DNA of 64,000 bases from Lama glama (lineage: Eukaryota), in the NCBI GenBank assembly GCA_028534125.1, contig CM052832.1, positions 15,626,001 to 15,690,000 of the forward strand. The letters run 5' to 3'. Position numbers and translations under genes: made by a program. The notes below the pieces were generated by a model that saw nothing but the letters and a program-made list of their open reading frames with translations, ran no database searches and had not been told where the DNA came from. This document shows, piece by piece, positions 24,390 to 36,800 of this stretch (position 1 is its first letter; every line of letters starts with the position of its first letter).

Positions 24390-26297
24390 ATGGAGCCATC
24401 TCCTCTGTCTCCCAGTGGGGCAGCACTCCCCCTGCCTCTATCGCTGGCTCCCCCACCACTGCCCCTGCCTGCAGCTGCAGTGGTGCACGTGTCCTTCCCT
24501 GAGGTAACCAGTGCCCTTCTGGAGTCCCTCAATCAGCAGCGGCTACAAGGCCAGCTCTGTGATGTGTCCATCCGAGTGCAGGGACGCGAATTCAGGGCTC
24601 ATCGTGCTGTCCTGGCTGCCTCTTCCCCTTACTTCCACGACCAGGTCCTACTCAAAGGCATGACCTCCATCTCACTGCCCAGTGTCATGGACCCAGGAGC
24701 CTTCGAGACTGTCTTGGCTTCGGCTTATACTGGCCGCCTCAGCATGGCCGCTGCTGACATTGTCAACTTCCTCACAGTGGGGTCTGTGCTCCAAATGTGG
24801 CACATCGTGGATAAATGCACTGAACTCCTCCGCGAGGGCCGGGCCTCGGCCACTGCCACCACCATCACCACTGCTGCAGCCACCTCTGTCACTGTCCCTG
24901 GTGCTGGGGTCCCCTCAGGGAGTGGGGGCACTGTGACCCCTGCCCCAGTGGGCTCCGTGCGCTCCCATGCCTCCAGTCAGGCCAGTGAGAATCAGTCCCC
25001 CAGCAGCAGCAACTACTTCAGCCCCCGGGAGTCCACTGATTTCTCCTCTTCCTCCCAAGAGGCATTTGCAGCTTCTGCAGTGGGCAGCGGGGAGCGTCGA
25101 GGAAGTGGCCCTGTGTTCCCAGCCCCTGTGGTTGGCAGTGGTGGGGCTACCTCTGGAAAGCTGCTGCTGGAGGCAGATGAGCTGTGTGATGATGGTGGGG
25201 ATGGGAGGGGTGCGGTTGTCCCTGGGTCTGGGCTCAGGCGGCCCACCTATGCACCCCCCAGCATCGTGCCACAGAAACACTGGGTATATGTGAAGCGGGG
25301 TGGAAACTGCCCAGCACCAGCACCCTTGGCTCCCCAGGACCCAGAGCTGGAAGAGGAGGAGGAGGAGGAAGACTTGGTGTTGACCTGTGAGGATGATGAA
25401 GATGAAGAGCTGGGGGGTGGCTCGGGGGTTCCAGCAGGGGGAGGACCTGAGGCTACCCTTAGCATAAGTGATGTCCGGACCCTGTCTGAGCCTCCGGACA
25501 AGGGAGAGGAGCAGGTCAATTTCTGTGAGTCCTCCAATGACTTTGGCCCCTATGAAGGTGGGGGTCCTGGGGCAGGGCTTGATGATTCAGGGGGACCCAC
25601 CCCTTCCTCCTATACTGCCTCTCACCCTCCAAGGCCCCTGCTTCCCCTGGACATGCAGGCCAACCAAATCCTAGTCTTCCCATCCTCTTCCTCCTCCTCC
25701 TCCTCCTCCTCACAGGCTCCAGGCCAGCCGCCAGGGAACCAAGCTGAACATGAGGCGGTGACCCTGGGGGGCACACCAGCAGGGGGCCTGGGTATGCCAA
25801 GTGGCACTGGTGGGACCCCTGGAGGGACAGGCAGTGGGGATGGAAATAAGATATTTCTGTGCCACTGCGGGAAGGCCTTTTCCCACAAGAGCATGCGAGA
25901 CCGGCATGTGAACATGCATCTCAACCTGCGGCCCTTTGACTGCCCCGTGTGCAACAAAAAGTTCAAGATGAAGCACCACCTGACAGAGCACATGAAGACG
26001 CACACAGGCCTCAAGCCCTATGAGTGCGGCGTCTGTGCCAAGAAGTTCATGTGGCGAGACAGCTTCATGCGACACCGAGGACACTGTGAGCGCCGGCACC
26101 GCCTAGGTGGGAGTGGGGCCGGACCGGGACCTGGTGGGCCCATGGGGCCAGCCTTGCAGCCCAAGAGAGAGTCCCCTGGCAGGGGCAGTGGTGATGAGGC
26201 CAGTGGGGCCACGCCTCCGCCCAGCCGACGTGTCTGGTCCCCACTCAGTGTCCCCAAGGTGGAGATGGGCTTCAGTGGGGGCGGAGGAGCAAACTGA
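24390..26297 (+). CDS. ZBTB22: Zinc finger and BTB domain protein 22 (BING1), 635 aa, uninterrupted CDS
   Basis: BTB domain (LLESLNQQRLQGQLCDVSIRVQGREFRAHRAVLAASSPYF), three C-terminal zinc fingers with an HTGLKPYEC linker, Kozak accATGG. ATTAAA at 26865. Confidence 0.98.
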   Translation: MEPSPLSPSGAALPLPLSLAPPPLPLPAAAVVHVSFPEVTSALLESLNQQRLQGQLCDVSIRVQGREFRAHRAVLAASSPYFHDQVLLKGMTSISLPSVMDPGAFETVLASAYTGRLSMAAADIVNFLTVGSVLQMWHIVDKCTELLREGRASATATTITTAAATSVTVPGAGVPSGSGGTVTPAPVGSVRSHASSQASENQSPSSSNYFSPRESTDFSSSSQEAFAASAVGSGERRGSGPVFPAPVVGSGGATSGKLLLEADELCDDGGDGRGAVVPGSGLRRPTYAPPSIVPQKHWVYVKRGGNCPAPAPLAPQDPELEEEEEEEDLVLTCEDDEDEELGGGSGVPAGGGPEATLSISDVRTLSEPPDKGEEQVNFCESSNDFGPYEGGGPGAGLDDSGGPTPSSYTASHPPRPLLPLDMQANQILVFPSSSSSSSSSSQAPGQPPGNQAEHEAVTLGGTPAGGLGMPSGTGGTPGGTGSGDGNKIFLCHCGKAFSHKSMRDRHVNMHLNLRPFDCPVCNKKFKMKHHLTEHMKTHTGLKPYECGVCAKKFMWRDSFMRHRGHCERRHRLGGSGAGPGPGGPMGPALQPKRESPGRGSGDEASGATPPPSRRVWSPLSVPKVEMGFSGGGGAN

Positions 26298-27159
26298 AAA
26301 GGCAGATTACTGGGAGTAGCTTCCTGGGAAGAGGGAATAGGGATCACGAGCCAGGGGCGCTGTGGCCCCTAGGTGATCTCCTAACACACTGTCTTCCTAT
26401 CGCTATGGACTTGTATATATTCTGGAGGGGGAACCGCGTTGCACCTTGGGCCACCCCATTCCACTCCTCAGCCCCTCCTCCCCAAAGCATCCCCAGAACT
26501 AAGCCCTTCCTTCCATTCAGATGGGTACACTGAAGCTGAGAGCCCAGGCACCCATATGATGGGGAGGGGAAGGGGGCTTGTTGAGCATCCTGGAGTCACT
26601 GGATCAAGGGTCAGGTGGTTGTAGTCTGTATCTGAAGTCTGTGTTTGTGTTGTTGTGGGGACCAGGCCTTTGAGCCGCACCCTTGTCCTAGAATATACCT
26701 TGCCCCCCAGAGGATGTGCCCCTCATTTCTACCCTAACCCCTCTTTCCCCACCTTGGGTTCCCCCAACTCCATTATCATTGGGGAGGGGGGAATGGAGAC
26801 GAAGAGGGAGTAAGTCACAGGAGTACAAGGTTTTTATTTTAAATCTTATTTTTTTTAAATAGTGATTAAAATATTTATTGGTCATTTCATTTGGCTTCCT
26901 GACAACCCCTGTGTGTTTGCTAGGGACCTGGCACAGGTCGGGGAAGGTGTAGTAATGGTTCTCAGGGAGGTGGACTCTGGGGGAGAGGGCACGGGAAGGG
27001 GAGCCTAGGGTATGGGAAGGCTCCTGGACTCTGTGGTACTGGGAGGTCCAGGAGGGCAGGGCGAGGCCGAGGTCTCCAGACCAGAACTGGAGAGGATGTT
27101 CAGGGATCCCTGCCCAGCCAGTGGGGGAAGCACCTGCCTCCCACGCGTTGTAACCTAAT

Positions 27160-27220
27160 CAGAGCTGGGACTTCCTCCGCCCCTCCTGCTGGCCTTTGGA
27201 GGAAAGTGAAAGTGAAAGGG
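27160..27220 (+). promoter_or_regulatory. TAPBP: TAPBP proximal promoter: NF-kB-like site and ISRE/IRF element
   Basis: GGGACTTCC at 27167-27175 and GAAAGTGAAAGTGAAA at 27202-27217, about 40 bp before the ATG; consistent with the known IFN/TNF inducibility of tapasin. Confidence 0.85.
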
Positions 27221-27258
27221 GGAAGAGAAGTCTTCGGCACTGAGAAGATCGCGGCGCC

Positions 27259-30200
27259 ATGAAGCCTCTGTCCCTGCTCCTCGCTGTGGCTTTGGGTGAG
27301 CAAACCCCGCGACTCTTTGCCCAGGGATGGCAGAGGTGACCCTGGCACGTCGGGACGGGAGAGTGGGAGGTTGGGTCACCTGACATTGGGCTTGTCCCCT
27401 TACTTGCGCCCCTCTCCCCCAGGCTTGGGGACCGCTGTCTCGGCGGGACCCGCGGTGATAGAGTGTTGGTTGGTGGAGGATGCGGGCAGGGGCCAGCTAA
27501 CCAAGAAACCCGCTGCACTGCTGCTGCGCCAGGGCGCGGAGAGCCTACTTCCCCGGCCAGACCTCGACCCAGAGCTCTACCTGAAAGTGCATGGTGAGTC
27601 CCCCCGACTCGCTCCTAACTCTGTCGTCTCCACCGAGACCCCCTCCTTTTTAAGTCTCGCAGTGACCTCGGGCCTCAGTTTCCCCCTCTGTAAAATGAAA
27701 CTGGATTACTGCTAAATCTCTCACTACCTGGTAATCTGTACGTCTGAAATTCCCTGGACGCTGCCATCCCCGGCCCTTTCCTGGTGGCGACTCTACAGCA
27801 GCAACTCCCTTCTCTGCGCTCACAGATCCTGCGGGTGCCCTCCTGGCGGCCTTCAGGGGGTACCCCCGGGACGCCCCCGCGCCACGCTGCGAGATGAGCC
27901 GATACGTCCCGTTCCCTGCCTCAGCAAACTGGGTCAGCGTCTTGACTCCGGAGCAGAGCTGCCCGCGGGCCCTGGACGGGACTTGGCTCATGGTCAGCAT
28001 ATCCAGCCCGGTCCTCAGCCTCTCCAGTCTCCTTCGACGAGAGTCCGAGCCTCAGCCTGAGCCTGCTCTCATAACCATTGCTACAGGTATCTAAGAGGGG
28101 AAGTGTAGATAAATGGGTAGATAATAGGGGTCCAGATCAGCCGGTGACTCGCTGTGCCGAATTGAGCTAGTCATTTCCCCAGTCAACTCTCAGTTTCCTT
28201 ATTTGTAAATCGAGGCGGTTCAGCTAAAATTAAACTATCTCTAACAGTTGTATACAAAAAAGAAAGAAAGAAAAAAAAAAAAAACCTGTCCCTAACCGCT
28301 TCTCCTAGCCCCAGACCTGTTAAAAATGTTTATTGGGGGCGGGGCTTCGTGGTTTTCCGGGGGTGGAGCTTTGGAGAGAGGCAGGGGTTCTGGACACTGG
28401 ACCTTAAGAAACTTGCAAGGCAACGGTGTTGGGAGGGTCTCAGAAGGAGGAACTTCTTCTTTCCTGCTATATCTTGCTAGTTGCGATTCTTACCCTGTTT
28501 AAAAACAGGGTTTTCGAGCCCCACACGTGCCCACATCCGGTCCTGCAAAGCTCACGCTTTTGAGCTCAAGCGCGCTCACCTACCCTGCAGCCTCTTCCTT
28601 ATAGCGAGTGAGGATTCGCTGACTCTCTCGTCACCAGATGCTGGCCTTGAGTGCGTGCGTAGAAAGGAAGCGGTGGGAGACCTAACGGTTTCCACGTTCC
28701 CACTGCAAGGACCAATTAACTGCATCGTGCAATGCGGTTTGAGGCCCGGGAGTCAGGCACTTTGCTTGGCTAGGACGCAGGGAGAGAGGAAGGGAGGGAG
28801 TGGACGGATAAAGCAAGAATGAAGAAAATCTGGCGGGGATTTGGGATTTCTAGGAACTCTTCTCGGGAGGGTGGGTAGGATATGAATGGAGTCTTCAGTT
28901 TCCTTCAGCCTTGTGTGATTTTATGGAAAAAATACAGCCTGACCTCCTGGTCAACCCCAGCCCAGCCCTACACCTTCCCTTCCCCCGGTACCTTCTCCCT
29001 GCCACTCTCCTCATTGAGAATCATCTACAGGAATCAGCAACCACCCTGTAGCCCTCACCTCTGCTAACATTTCCATTCTTAGTCACCAGACCTCGCCCTG
29101 GGCAGGGGCAGAGGTAAACTGCTGCTTGTGGGGACAGTAGCTCTCTCTAGTAGGCAGGAATATTTCCTGGCTTCATGAGGTGGGGGTGAGAATGTCATTT
29201 TCTCTCTGAGTCTACTTTTCCAGCTGTAAAATGTGGACAGTATTTCCCATCTGCCTTTCCTTTGTTGTGACTATCAAGGGAGGTACTTTGTTAATTTATT
29301 CGCTGACTGCATAACTTAAATTAGCACCAAGAATAAATAAGGGCCCAGTAGTTCTCAGTCCAGGCTGCAAATAAGAATCCTTTTTGGAAGTTTCTAAAAT
29401 ATACTGAAGCCTAAGTCCTACTCCAGGTGAATTAAATCAAAATCTCTGGGGTGGCCCTGGGTAGTTTTAAGGGCCACAAAGGTGATCTGATGTAGATTCT
29501 ACCCTCAAGAAAGTTCTCATCAGATCTGTCATGGATAATTGTAGAGTGGAAAGTAACTTGGGCCATAAAAGAAGTGCAGATAGGGAGCCATGGGAGTGCC
29601 CAGGTGGGAAAACTATTGTATCTCATCCACCACTGGGGGTGAAAATTCCTTGCTGTGCTCAGTCTTCCTCTTCAAGCATTTCTGCTTGATTAGGGATTTA
29701 AAAAAATGAAAGTTGTTGTTTTAATATAAAATTAAAAATGGACTCTTTCCAGGGTTGCAAATCATTGGTAACTTTGCTAATATACATTTATACATTATTT
29801 CTTAACAAATTAGTTATCAAATACTCTAAAATGTTTATTGACAAATATACTTTATTAATATACTTTGTGTGTATGGCATTTAATTCTCATCATTCTGTTA
29901 AAACATTGTTGTGGAAAATTTCAATGACATGCTAAAATAGAGAATAGTAAATTGAACCCCCCATATGCCTGTTACCCACTTGCATAGTTATTACATTTTA
30001 CCAAATTGTTTCACATATCTTCCCCCAACCTTCTAGTCTTTTTTGGAAGTGTTTTTAAGTATATCCTATCATATTATTTTACTCATAAGTACTTAAGTAA
30101 GCATTTCTATTAAATAATGGCTTTGAGGGGGGAAGATACAGCTCAGTGGTAGAGTGCATCCTTAGCATGCATCAGGTCCTGGGTTCAATCCCCAGTATGT

Positions 30201-33200
30201 CCATTAAAAGAAAATTACTCTAATAAAACCCTCACTTTAATAGCATTATCATACCTAACAAAACAGACAATTCCTTAATATCATTTAATTCCTGACTCAT
30301 ATTAAAAATTTCCCAGTTGTCTCAATGATGTTCTTTTACAGTTGATTTGCTTGAATCAGGATCAAAAAGAAATCTGTGTTATAGTTGGTTGTTGAATCTG
30401 CTCGGCCTGCCAGAACAAAATATCATAGACCGGGTAGCTTAAACAATAGGAATTTATTTTCTCACAGTTCTGGAGGCTAGAAGTCAAAGATCAAGTCTGA
30501 GATCAAGGTGCTAGCACGGTTGGTGTCTGGTGAGAACCCTCCCCTGTGGTTACAGATGGCCATCTTCTGGCTGTGTCCTGATACAGAGGAGAGAGAGTGA
30601 ACTCTTGGTATTTTTTCCTCTTCCTATAAGGGCACCAGCTCTATCAGATTAGGGCCCTACCTTTATGACCTCATTTAACTTTTATCATCTCACAGTCACT
30701 ATCTCCAAAAACAGTCATACAGTGGGTCAAGGCTTCCACATACAAATTGAAAGGGTAGGAGGGGAGGGAGAACTACAGATATTTAATCCTTAAAATTTTG
30801 TCTCTTAAGTCTCTTTTCTTTGTAATTGCCCCACCCTTTTAAATGCTATTGATTTGTCATTTGTTCTGTAGAAGTTCCCACTTTCAGTATTTGGTGAATT
30901 GTTTCCTCATCATGTCATTTCCCTTGTTCCTTTTCTCTCCATAGTTCCTATAAATTGGCAGTTAGATCTAGATGCTTGATTAGATTTGGGTTTGAATTTT
31001 TCCACTAGTACTTTATAATAGTTGTTACCATTCACTTTTTAACAGAAAAGCAAAAACCTATATAGTACAAACTACAAAAAAGGTAGAAATGTCCTTATTG
31101 TTCTGGCCCTGTTGTGTTTATATTTGTATTTTCACAGAGTCCGTTTGTGGGATGCAAATCTCAAATTGCTTTAATAACCCATATTAAAGGGCTAGCTTAA
31201 GGATTGAACTGTAAAGTCTTTGGATTTTGTTTATTAATCCTACAGATTGATTTTAACACTTCAAAAGTATGTTTTTGGATTTGAATACGCTAAGTGAGTT
31301 TGCTTACTTTTTTCACTCTATTGAACAAAAACAATCCCATGAGGTTCAGAGAAGTTTAACCTTGTAGGCCTAAGAAGCTAGGATTTAAATTTACATAAAA
31401 ATAATCACAAGAGAAAAAAGATTACTTCTGCCTTGAAGACGCAGACATCTCTGGCAGTGGAACAGATCTTGAGGGACATGGAATATTTACATGTTGGAGA
31501 AAATGGGGAGGGGCCTTGTAAACTGAAGGAACTTTATGAACAAAGCAAAGACCAATGATTAGAGTTTCTACTGGTCATAAGACAGGGATTCTATGTGGCT
31601 GGTTCTTAGGATGCAAGAGAAGTCTGGAAAGGTGGGTTCTGACTGGATTATCAAGTACCCTGAAAGCTGAGGTTTATAAGTGATAGTGAACCATCAGAAG
31701 TTTTGTGTGTGTGTGTGTATGTGTGTGTGTATGTGTGTGCATGCGCCATTTCCCCAGAAGCCTGCTATTTTACTAGATTTTTACAAAAGGTAGGCAAGGA
31801 TCAGATCATTGGACTAATGGGTAAAATATAGATAAAGTCATTTTCCCAAGTTGATGATGATGACAGTAATGAAAATAGTAACAGCTAAGCATTTTCTGTA
31901 TGCCAGGTCCTGTTCTAAGCACTTTATAGGCATAATCTTATTTATTCCTCTCAACAACCGTAAGAACTAGGTACTGATATTATCCCCATGTCACAGATGA
32001 AGAAATATGAGACACAGAGCAGTTAGGTGACTTGCCCAGGGCCGTGCAACTTGTAAGAAGCAGGGCTCAGAATTGAACCCAAGCCATCTAGCTTTAGCCT
32101 GTGCCTTTAGTTGCTGGCCTCTTAGGTAGCTGATATTTTTAAATAGGCAAGTGACTGGATCAGACTTGTAGCCACATTATTTGGTTACAGGGTGGAGGAA
32201 GAAATGAAGGGGCGAGAGAGGCTGAGGATAGGGAGACCTGAGAGGAGGCTGTTGTCATTGTCCAGGTGTATATTGATGAGAACTTGAGTTGGAAACAGAC
32301 GTAAGATCTATTTGGGACACAGAAGTAGGGCCTGATGGGGATAGCACATGGCACATTTTATTTTGCAGTTTGATCATCTATCTGCCTTATTAGACTGTAC
32401 ACAATTTGAGGGCAGAGGCTGCCTGTCTTTTTCTTTTTCCCTCTTTTTTTTTGTGGGGAGATAATTAGGTTTGTGTGTCTGTTTGTTTGTTTATTTATTT
32501 AATGGAGCCACAAGGCTCCAGGTACTTACTGCATATACTGCCTCAGTAGATCACAGCAGTCTGTGTTCAGGTTTAGGCAAAAACCAGAACCCTCCAGAGT
32601 CGGTAAATACTCTTTATAGCACCACAGGGTTGACAGTCCTGAGTCTTCATCAGCAAACTAAAGGCCTGGCTCTCCAAGGGTGGAGCATGGAGACTGGACT
32701 GGTTCAGGTTGAGTCAGAAGCACACTCAGATCCCGCTGTCCTCAGAGCTTGAGCGGGCTGTGTGTTCAGAGCAGCCTTCAATGGCCATCCCCATTCACTG
32801 CTCTTGTTCGCCTCTAGACCTCTCTGCTCACTCTCAGTCATACCGGGTGCCACCCAGTCTCAGGCAAAGGGGATTTGCAGGGAGGGCTGGGAGATGGTGG
32901 AAGAAGGTGGGGTGGTAAATTGGAGTTGAATCCCCCCATAACTCCATGTCTCTGCTTTTTCCTTCTTTCTCTCCCGCATGCCCCTCCACTCCCTCCTCTC
33001 CCCATGCTCCCTAGCTGTGCTGACTGTCCTCACTCACACCCCCATCCCTCGCATCCGACTGGGAGAAGATGCCCTGCTGGACTTGAGCTTTGCTTACATG
33101 TCCCCCACCCCCAAGGCTGCTACATGTCTGGCCCCAGGTCCCCCTCCCTTTGGGCTGGAGTGGCGACGGCAACACCAGGGTAAGGGGCACCTGCTGCTGG

Positions 33201-35295
33201 CTGCAACTCCTGGGCTGAATGTGCAAATGCCAGTTGCCCAAGAGGGAGCGGTGGCATTTGCTGCTTGGGATGATGAGGAGCCCTTAGGTCCATGGACCGG
33301 AAATGGAACCTTCTGGCTGCCTGCAGTGCGGCCCTTCCAGGAGGGCACCTATCTGGCCATTGTACACCTGCCATACCTGCAAGGGCAGATCACCCTGGAG
33401 CTTGCTGTGCAGAGTGAGTGAGGGGATAGGGGACCCCATGGGTAGAGGGTGGTCATTGGGGTTATGGGGACACCATGACAAGGGGAGGGATGGTGGAGAA
33501 AAGGGTGCTGGGTGAGTAGAGCGAGACAGACTTGGGTCCCTGGGTGTCAGAGGGGCTTTGGGATGAACATTCCCAAATCTGAGGGAATAGGGGTCCCTGA
33601 GAATAGGGGCCTTGGCACAGGGATTCCTGTGAAACACCAATGGGCAGTTGGTGGGCTCCCCATCCTGGAAGAAAAAACCCAAACCCCTCTCAGTTTTGGG
33701 GGAGCCAGAGGGCCCACTGAGGGTCTCCGAGGCAGGGCAATGTAGACTGATTCCCCCATGTTCCTTTCTCACTCTCTCCTCAGAGCCCCCCACGGTGTCC
33801 CTGACACCAGCACCTCTTGTATGGGCCGCCCCTGGGGAGGCACCCCCAGAGTTGCTTTGCCTGGTGTCCCACTTCTACCCCTCTGACAGCCTGAAGGTGG
33901 AGTGGGAGCTCCGGGGAGGTCCAGAGGGCAGCTTTCAGAAGGCCGAGGGGCAGAGGTGGCTGTCCGCCCTGCGCTACCACTCAGATGGCTCTGTCAGTCT
34001 CTCTGCACACCTGCAGCCACCCCCAGTCACCACCAGGCAGCATGGGGCACGCTATGCCTGTCGTGTCCACCACCCTAGCCTGCCAGCCTTGGGGCGCAGC
34101 GCCGAGGTCACCCTGCAGGTGGCAGGTAAGAGCTGGGAGGATGGAGAAGCTGGGGTCTGGTGCCTGGGAATGTAAGACTCACTCTTACAGCTTCTCCTTG
34201 CCAGGTCTCTCTGGGCCCTCTCTGGAGGATGGCGTAGGCCTCTTCCTGTCTGCCTTTCTCATCCTCGGGCTTGTCAAGGCGCTGGGCTGGGCTGGTGAGT
34301 GTGAACCCCACCTAGACTGGGACCCTTGACTGGCAGACATTCTCTGCCTACTCCCAGAAGCTTCACCCCCATTCCTCTGCCCTAATACTCCCCCATCCCA
34401 TCCTTTCTCCATCTCTCTCCACAGCTGCCTACCAGGCCACCTCCAAGGATTCAACAGAGAAGGTAACAACACTCCACCTTCCTTTATCTTTCCCTTCTCA
34501 TTTAACCCTTCCTGCCAACTCCTCCCCCACGAGGGAGGCTGCTGGCCTGGTGGGTAGAAACCAGACTTGGAATTCACACAAACCTCTGTTAAATCTGGCC
34601 ACCTTGAACATGCTACACCTCAGCTTTCTTGGATGTAGGGATAAAAAATTGGGGATGGGGGTGTGGGTATAGATCAGTGGTAGAGCTTGTGCTTGGCATG
34701 CACAAGGTCCTGGGTTCAATCCCCAGTACCTTCAAAAAAAAATTAAGTAAAAAAATTAAACAGTAAGTTACTTAGGCAGCATTGTCCTACAGAAATATCA
34801 TGCAAGCCACAGAAGTAAATTTAAGTACATACTCTAGTGGCTGCATTAAAAAGGTAAAAAGATACCTAATATATCCTTACTATTATCACTTCGACATGTA
34901 CTCAGTATAAGAAATTACAGTGTTTTTTCTATCCTAAGTCTTCAAAAGCAGGGATTTATTTTAAACTGTCAGCACACCTCAATTTGGAGTAGCCACATTT
35001 CAAATGCTCAACAGACACAAGTGGGTGGTGGATTCCCTACTGGACAGCACAGGCTCGGAGGGCTGTTGGTATGATTAGAGATAGTGCATCTCCTTTGAAA
35101 GATGCAGGAGCAAAACCCCTTGGCACAGCATCCACCAGGCAGAAAACATACAGAAAGTGTTAGCCTCTTTCTTCTGCCACTGTCTGTGCCTGTGATGTTA
35201 ATCTGTCTCTGGATTGACCATAAACACTTCACCCTGCTTTCTAAAATCCTGAATTCCTCACCTCCTTTTCACTTCTCTTCCAGAAAACACAGTGA
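27259..35295 (+). CDS. TAPBP: Tapasin (TAP-binding protein), 449 aa
   Basis: Exons 27259-27295, 27423-27593, 27826-28086, 33015-33413, 33784-34125, 34205-34294, 34425-34462, 35284-35295 (1350 nt). Signal peptide, GPAVIECW N-terminus, ERp57-linking Cys (EQSCPRALDG), NGT sequon, IgC1 domain, TM with Lys (LVKALGW), C-terminal KKTQ ER-retrieval motif. Confidence 0.97.
29346..29490. mobile_element. MER5-like hAT MITE
   Basis: CAGTAGTTCTCA..AAATCAAAATCTCTGGGGGTGG.. Confidence 0.6.
30126..30215 (+). mobile_element. Camelid tRNA-derived SINE (TAPBP intron 3)
   Basis: A and B boxes with an A-rich end. Confidence 0.88.
30395..30795. mobile_element. MLT1A-like LTR (TAPBP intron 3)
   Basis: GCTTAAACAATAGGAATTTATTTTCTCACAGTTCTGGAGGCTAGAAGTC..AGGGCCCTACCTTTATGACCTCATTTAAC. 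Confidence 0.8.
31704..31740. repeat. Imperfect (TG)n microsatellite
   Basis: TGTGTG...TATGTG...TATGTGTGTGC. Confidence 0.9.
31860..32110. mobile_element. MIR
   Basis: TATCCCCATGTCACAGATGAAGAAA..GGTGACTTGCCCAGGG..TTGAACCCAAG. Confidence 0.8.
34651..34760 (+). mobile_element. Camelid tRNA-derived SINE (TAPBP intron 7)
   Basis: SINE head and A-tail. Confidence 0.88.
34770..35052. mobile_element. MER3/MER33-like hAT MITE
   Basis: CAGCATTGTCC start; CAGCACACCTCAATTTGGA..GCCACATTTCAAATGCTCAA..TGGACAGCACAG end. Confidence 0.7.
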
Positions 35296-35464
35296 GGCCA
35301 CTCGCCACCATCCTGGGGAAGCCACGATCATCTCTGGTCTGAGCTATTGTAGTAACTCTCCCAAATTGTACACCCTGATCCCTTCAGTCTCTTTCCACTG
35401 AGCAGCCAGAATGTTTTCTTAAAAGACACAAATCCACGGTATTCACCTTCTTAGAGCTCTAGAG

Positions 35465-35785
35465 CAGCGGTTCTCAAAATTTTTGGTCTTAGGACCTTTT
35501 AAAAATTATCAAGGACTCTATAGAGCTTTTCTTGTGTGGGTTATAAACTATAGACATTTATTGTATTAGAACTTAAAATTGAGAACAATTTAATACACAG
35601 GAGTACACAAGCACACTTCCATTAGCTGTGAGGACAATGTCACTACACACCATGTAGCTTCAGGAAAACTCTACATTTTTTAGAGAATGAGAGCGAAGAG
35701 GCAAATAATAGTTTAGTATTGTTATGAAAATAGTTTAAATACCCCCCTGAAATAGTCTCAGGGACCTCTGGAATAGGACCCGGTG
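35465..35785. mobile_element. Internally deleted Charlie1-type hAT element in the TAPBP 3'UTR region
   Basis: Begins CAGCGGTTCTCAAAA; perfect 8-bp TSD CTCTAGAG at 35457-35464 and 35786-35793. Confidence 0.8.
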
Positions 35786-36499
35786 CTCTAGAGGCCAGAT
35801 CCATTCTTCTTGTCCTGGCCTATGCATCCCTCTTCAAGCCCACCTGGTGCTCTCCAGCCCTCCTCTCAATGCTTGTCCCACCGGCGGCTGATCCTTTCCT
35901 CCAATGGCCTCCTATCCTCCCTGGGTCCCAGAGCTCTGTTCCCTCGGCCTGGTCCACCCTCGCCCTCCCCGGGCTCCAGACCAGGTCAACCTCGTTATTC
36001 CCTCAGACCGCCGCGTGTCCCTCTTGTGCGGTTCGCCACGGTTGTATTTAAGTAATCGTTCGAGTCGTTGTTAAATGCCTGTCTCCCCGCCCGGACTGTC
36101 GGACCTCTCCAAGGCCAGGATGAGCCTGTCTGTCCACTGCTGTGTCCTCCGCGCAGGCAAAGGGCCTGGCGCCCACTGGAGGACGCTCAATATAAGAAAT
36201 TGGAGTCTTTTGGCGTCCTAAGTATTCAAAATCAGGTGTTGGAGCAAGTAACTATTGGAGGAAGGAAGCGGTCGCCTCGGCTTAGGGACCTCAGGGGGGG
36301 TTGAATGGTCGGCAAAACAGACGCGGGGAGCGGGTCTAATCTTGTGGGAAATAAAGTTGCTCGAGTGCTTCCAACGGGGATGTTTCCATTCTACTCCAGG
36401 GATCCCCTTTCCAAGCACAATGACTTCCAATCACCAGTGATTCCTTCGTGACCCGGACCTCTCAAACGCCTTTGCGATACCCAATCCCCTTTCGAAACA

Positions 36500-36800
36500 C
36501 TTTGGGGTCAGGCGCCGCTAAAGGCAGGCAGGATGCCCTCAAGCCTCGGGCCCTCCGGGGGTGACCGTAAGGGAGCAGAGATCCCAGCCTCGGAAACCCC
36601 GGAGCGTCGTGTGGAACCGGAAGTGGCAGCTTCCTGCCCCGCCCCCTTTCAAGCGGGCGGAAGCCGAGGGCTTCTCGGAAAAGCCGGAGTGGATTTCGGC
36701 CTGCTATACGCGTGAGTGCGGGTGGGAGAGTAACCCCGCGGGCTGGAGTAACTAGGTCCGTCCCAGCCTAAAACACTTGCCGCGGGAGTTTTAGCCTCGT
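36500..36800 (+). promoter_or_regulatory. RGL2: RGL2 CpG-island promoter
   Basis: CpG-rich, with ETS motifs (CCGGAAGT about 36617, CTTCCTG, GCGGAAG), a GC box and a candidate exon-1 donor GC|gtgagt near 36712. Confidence 0.7.
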
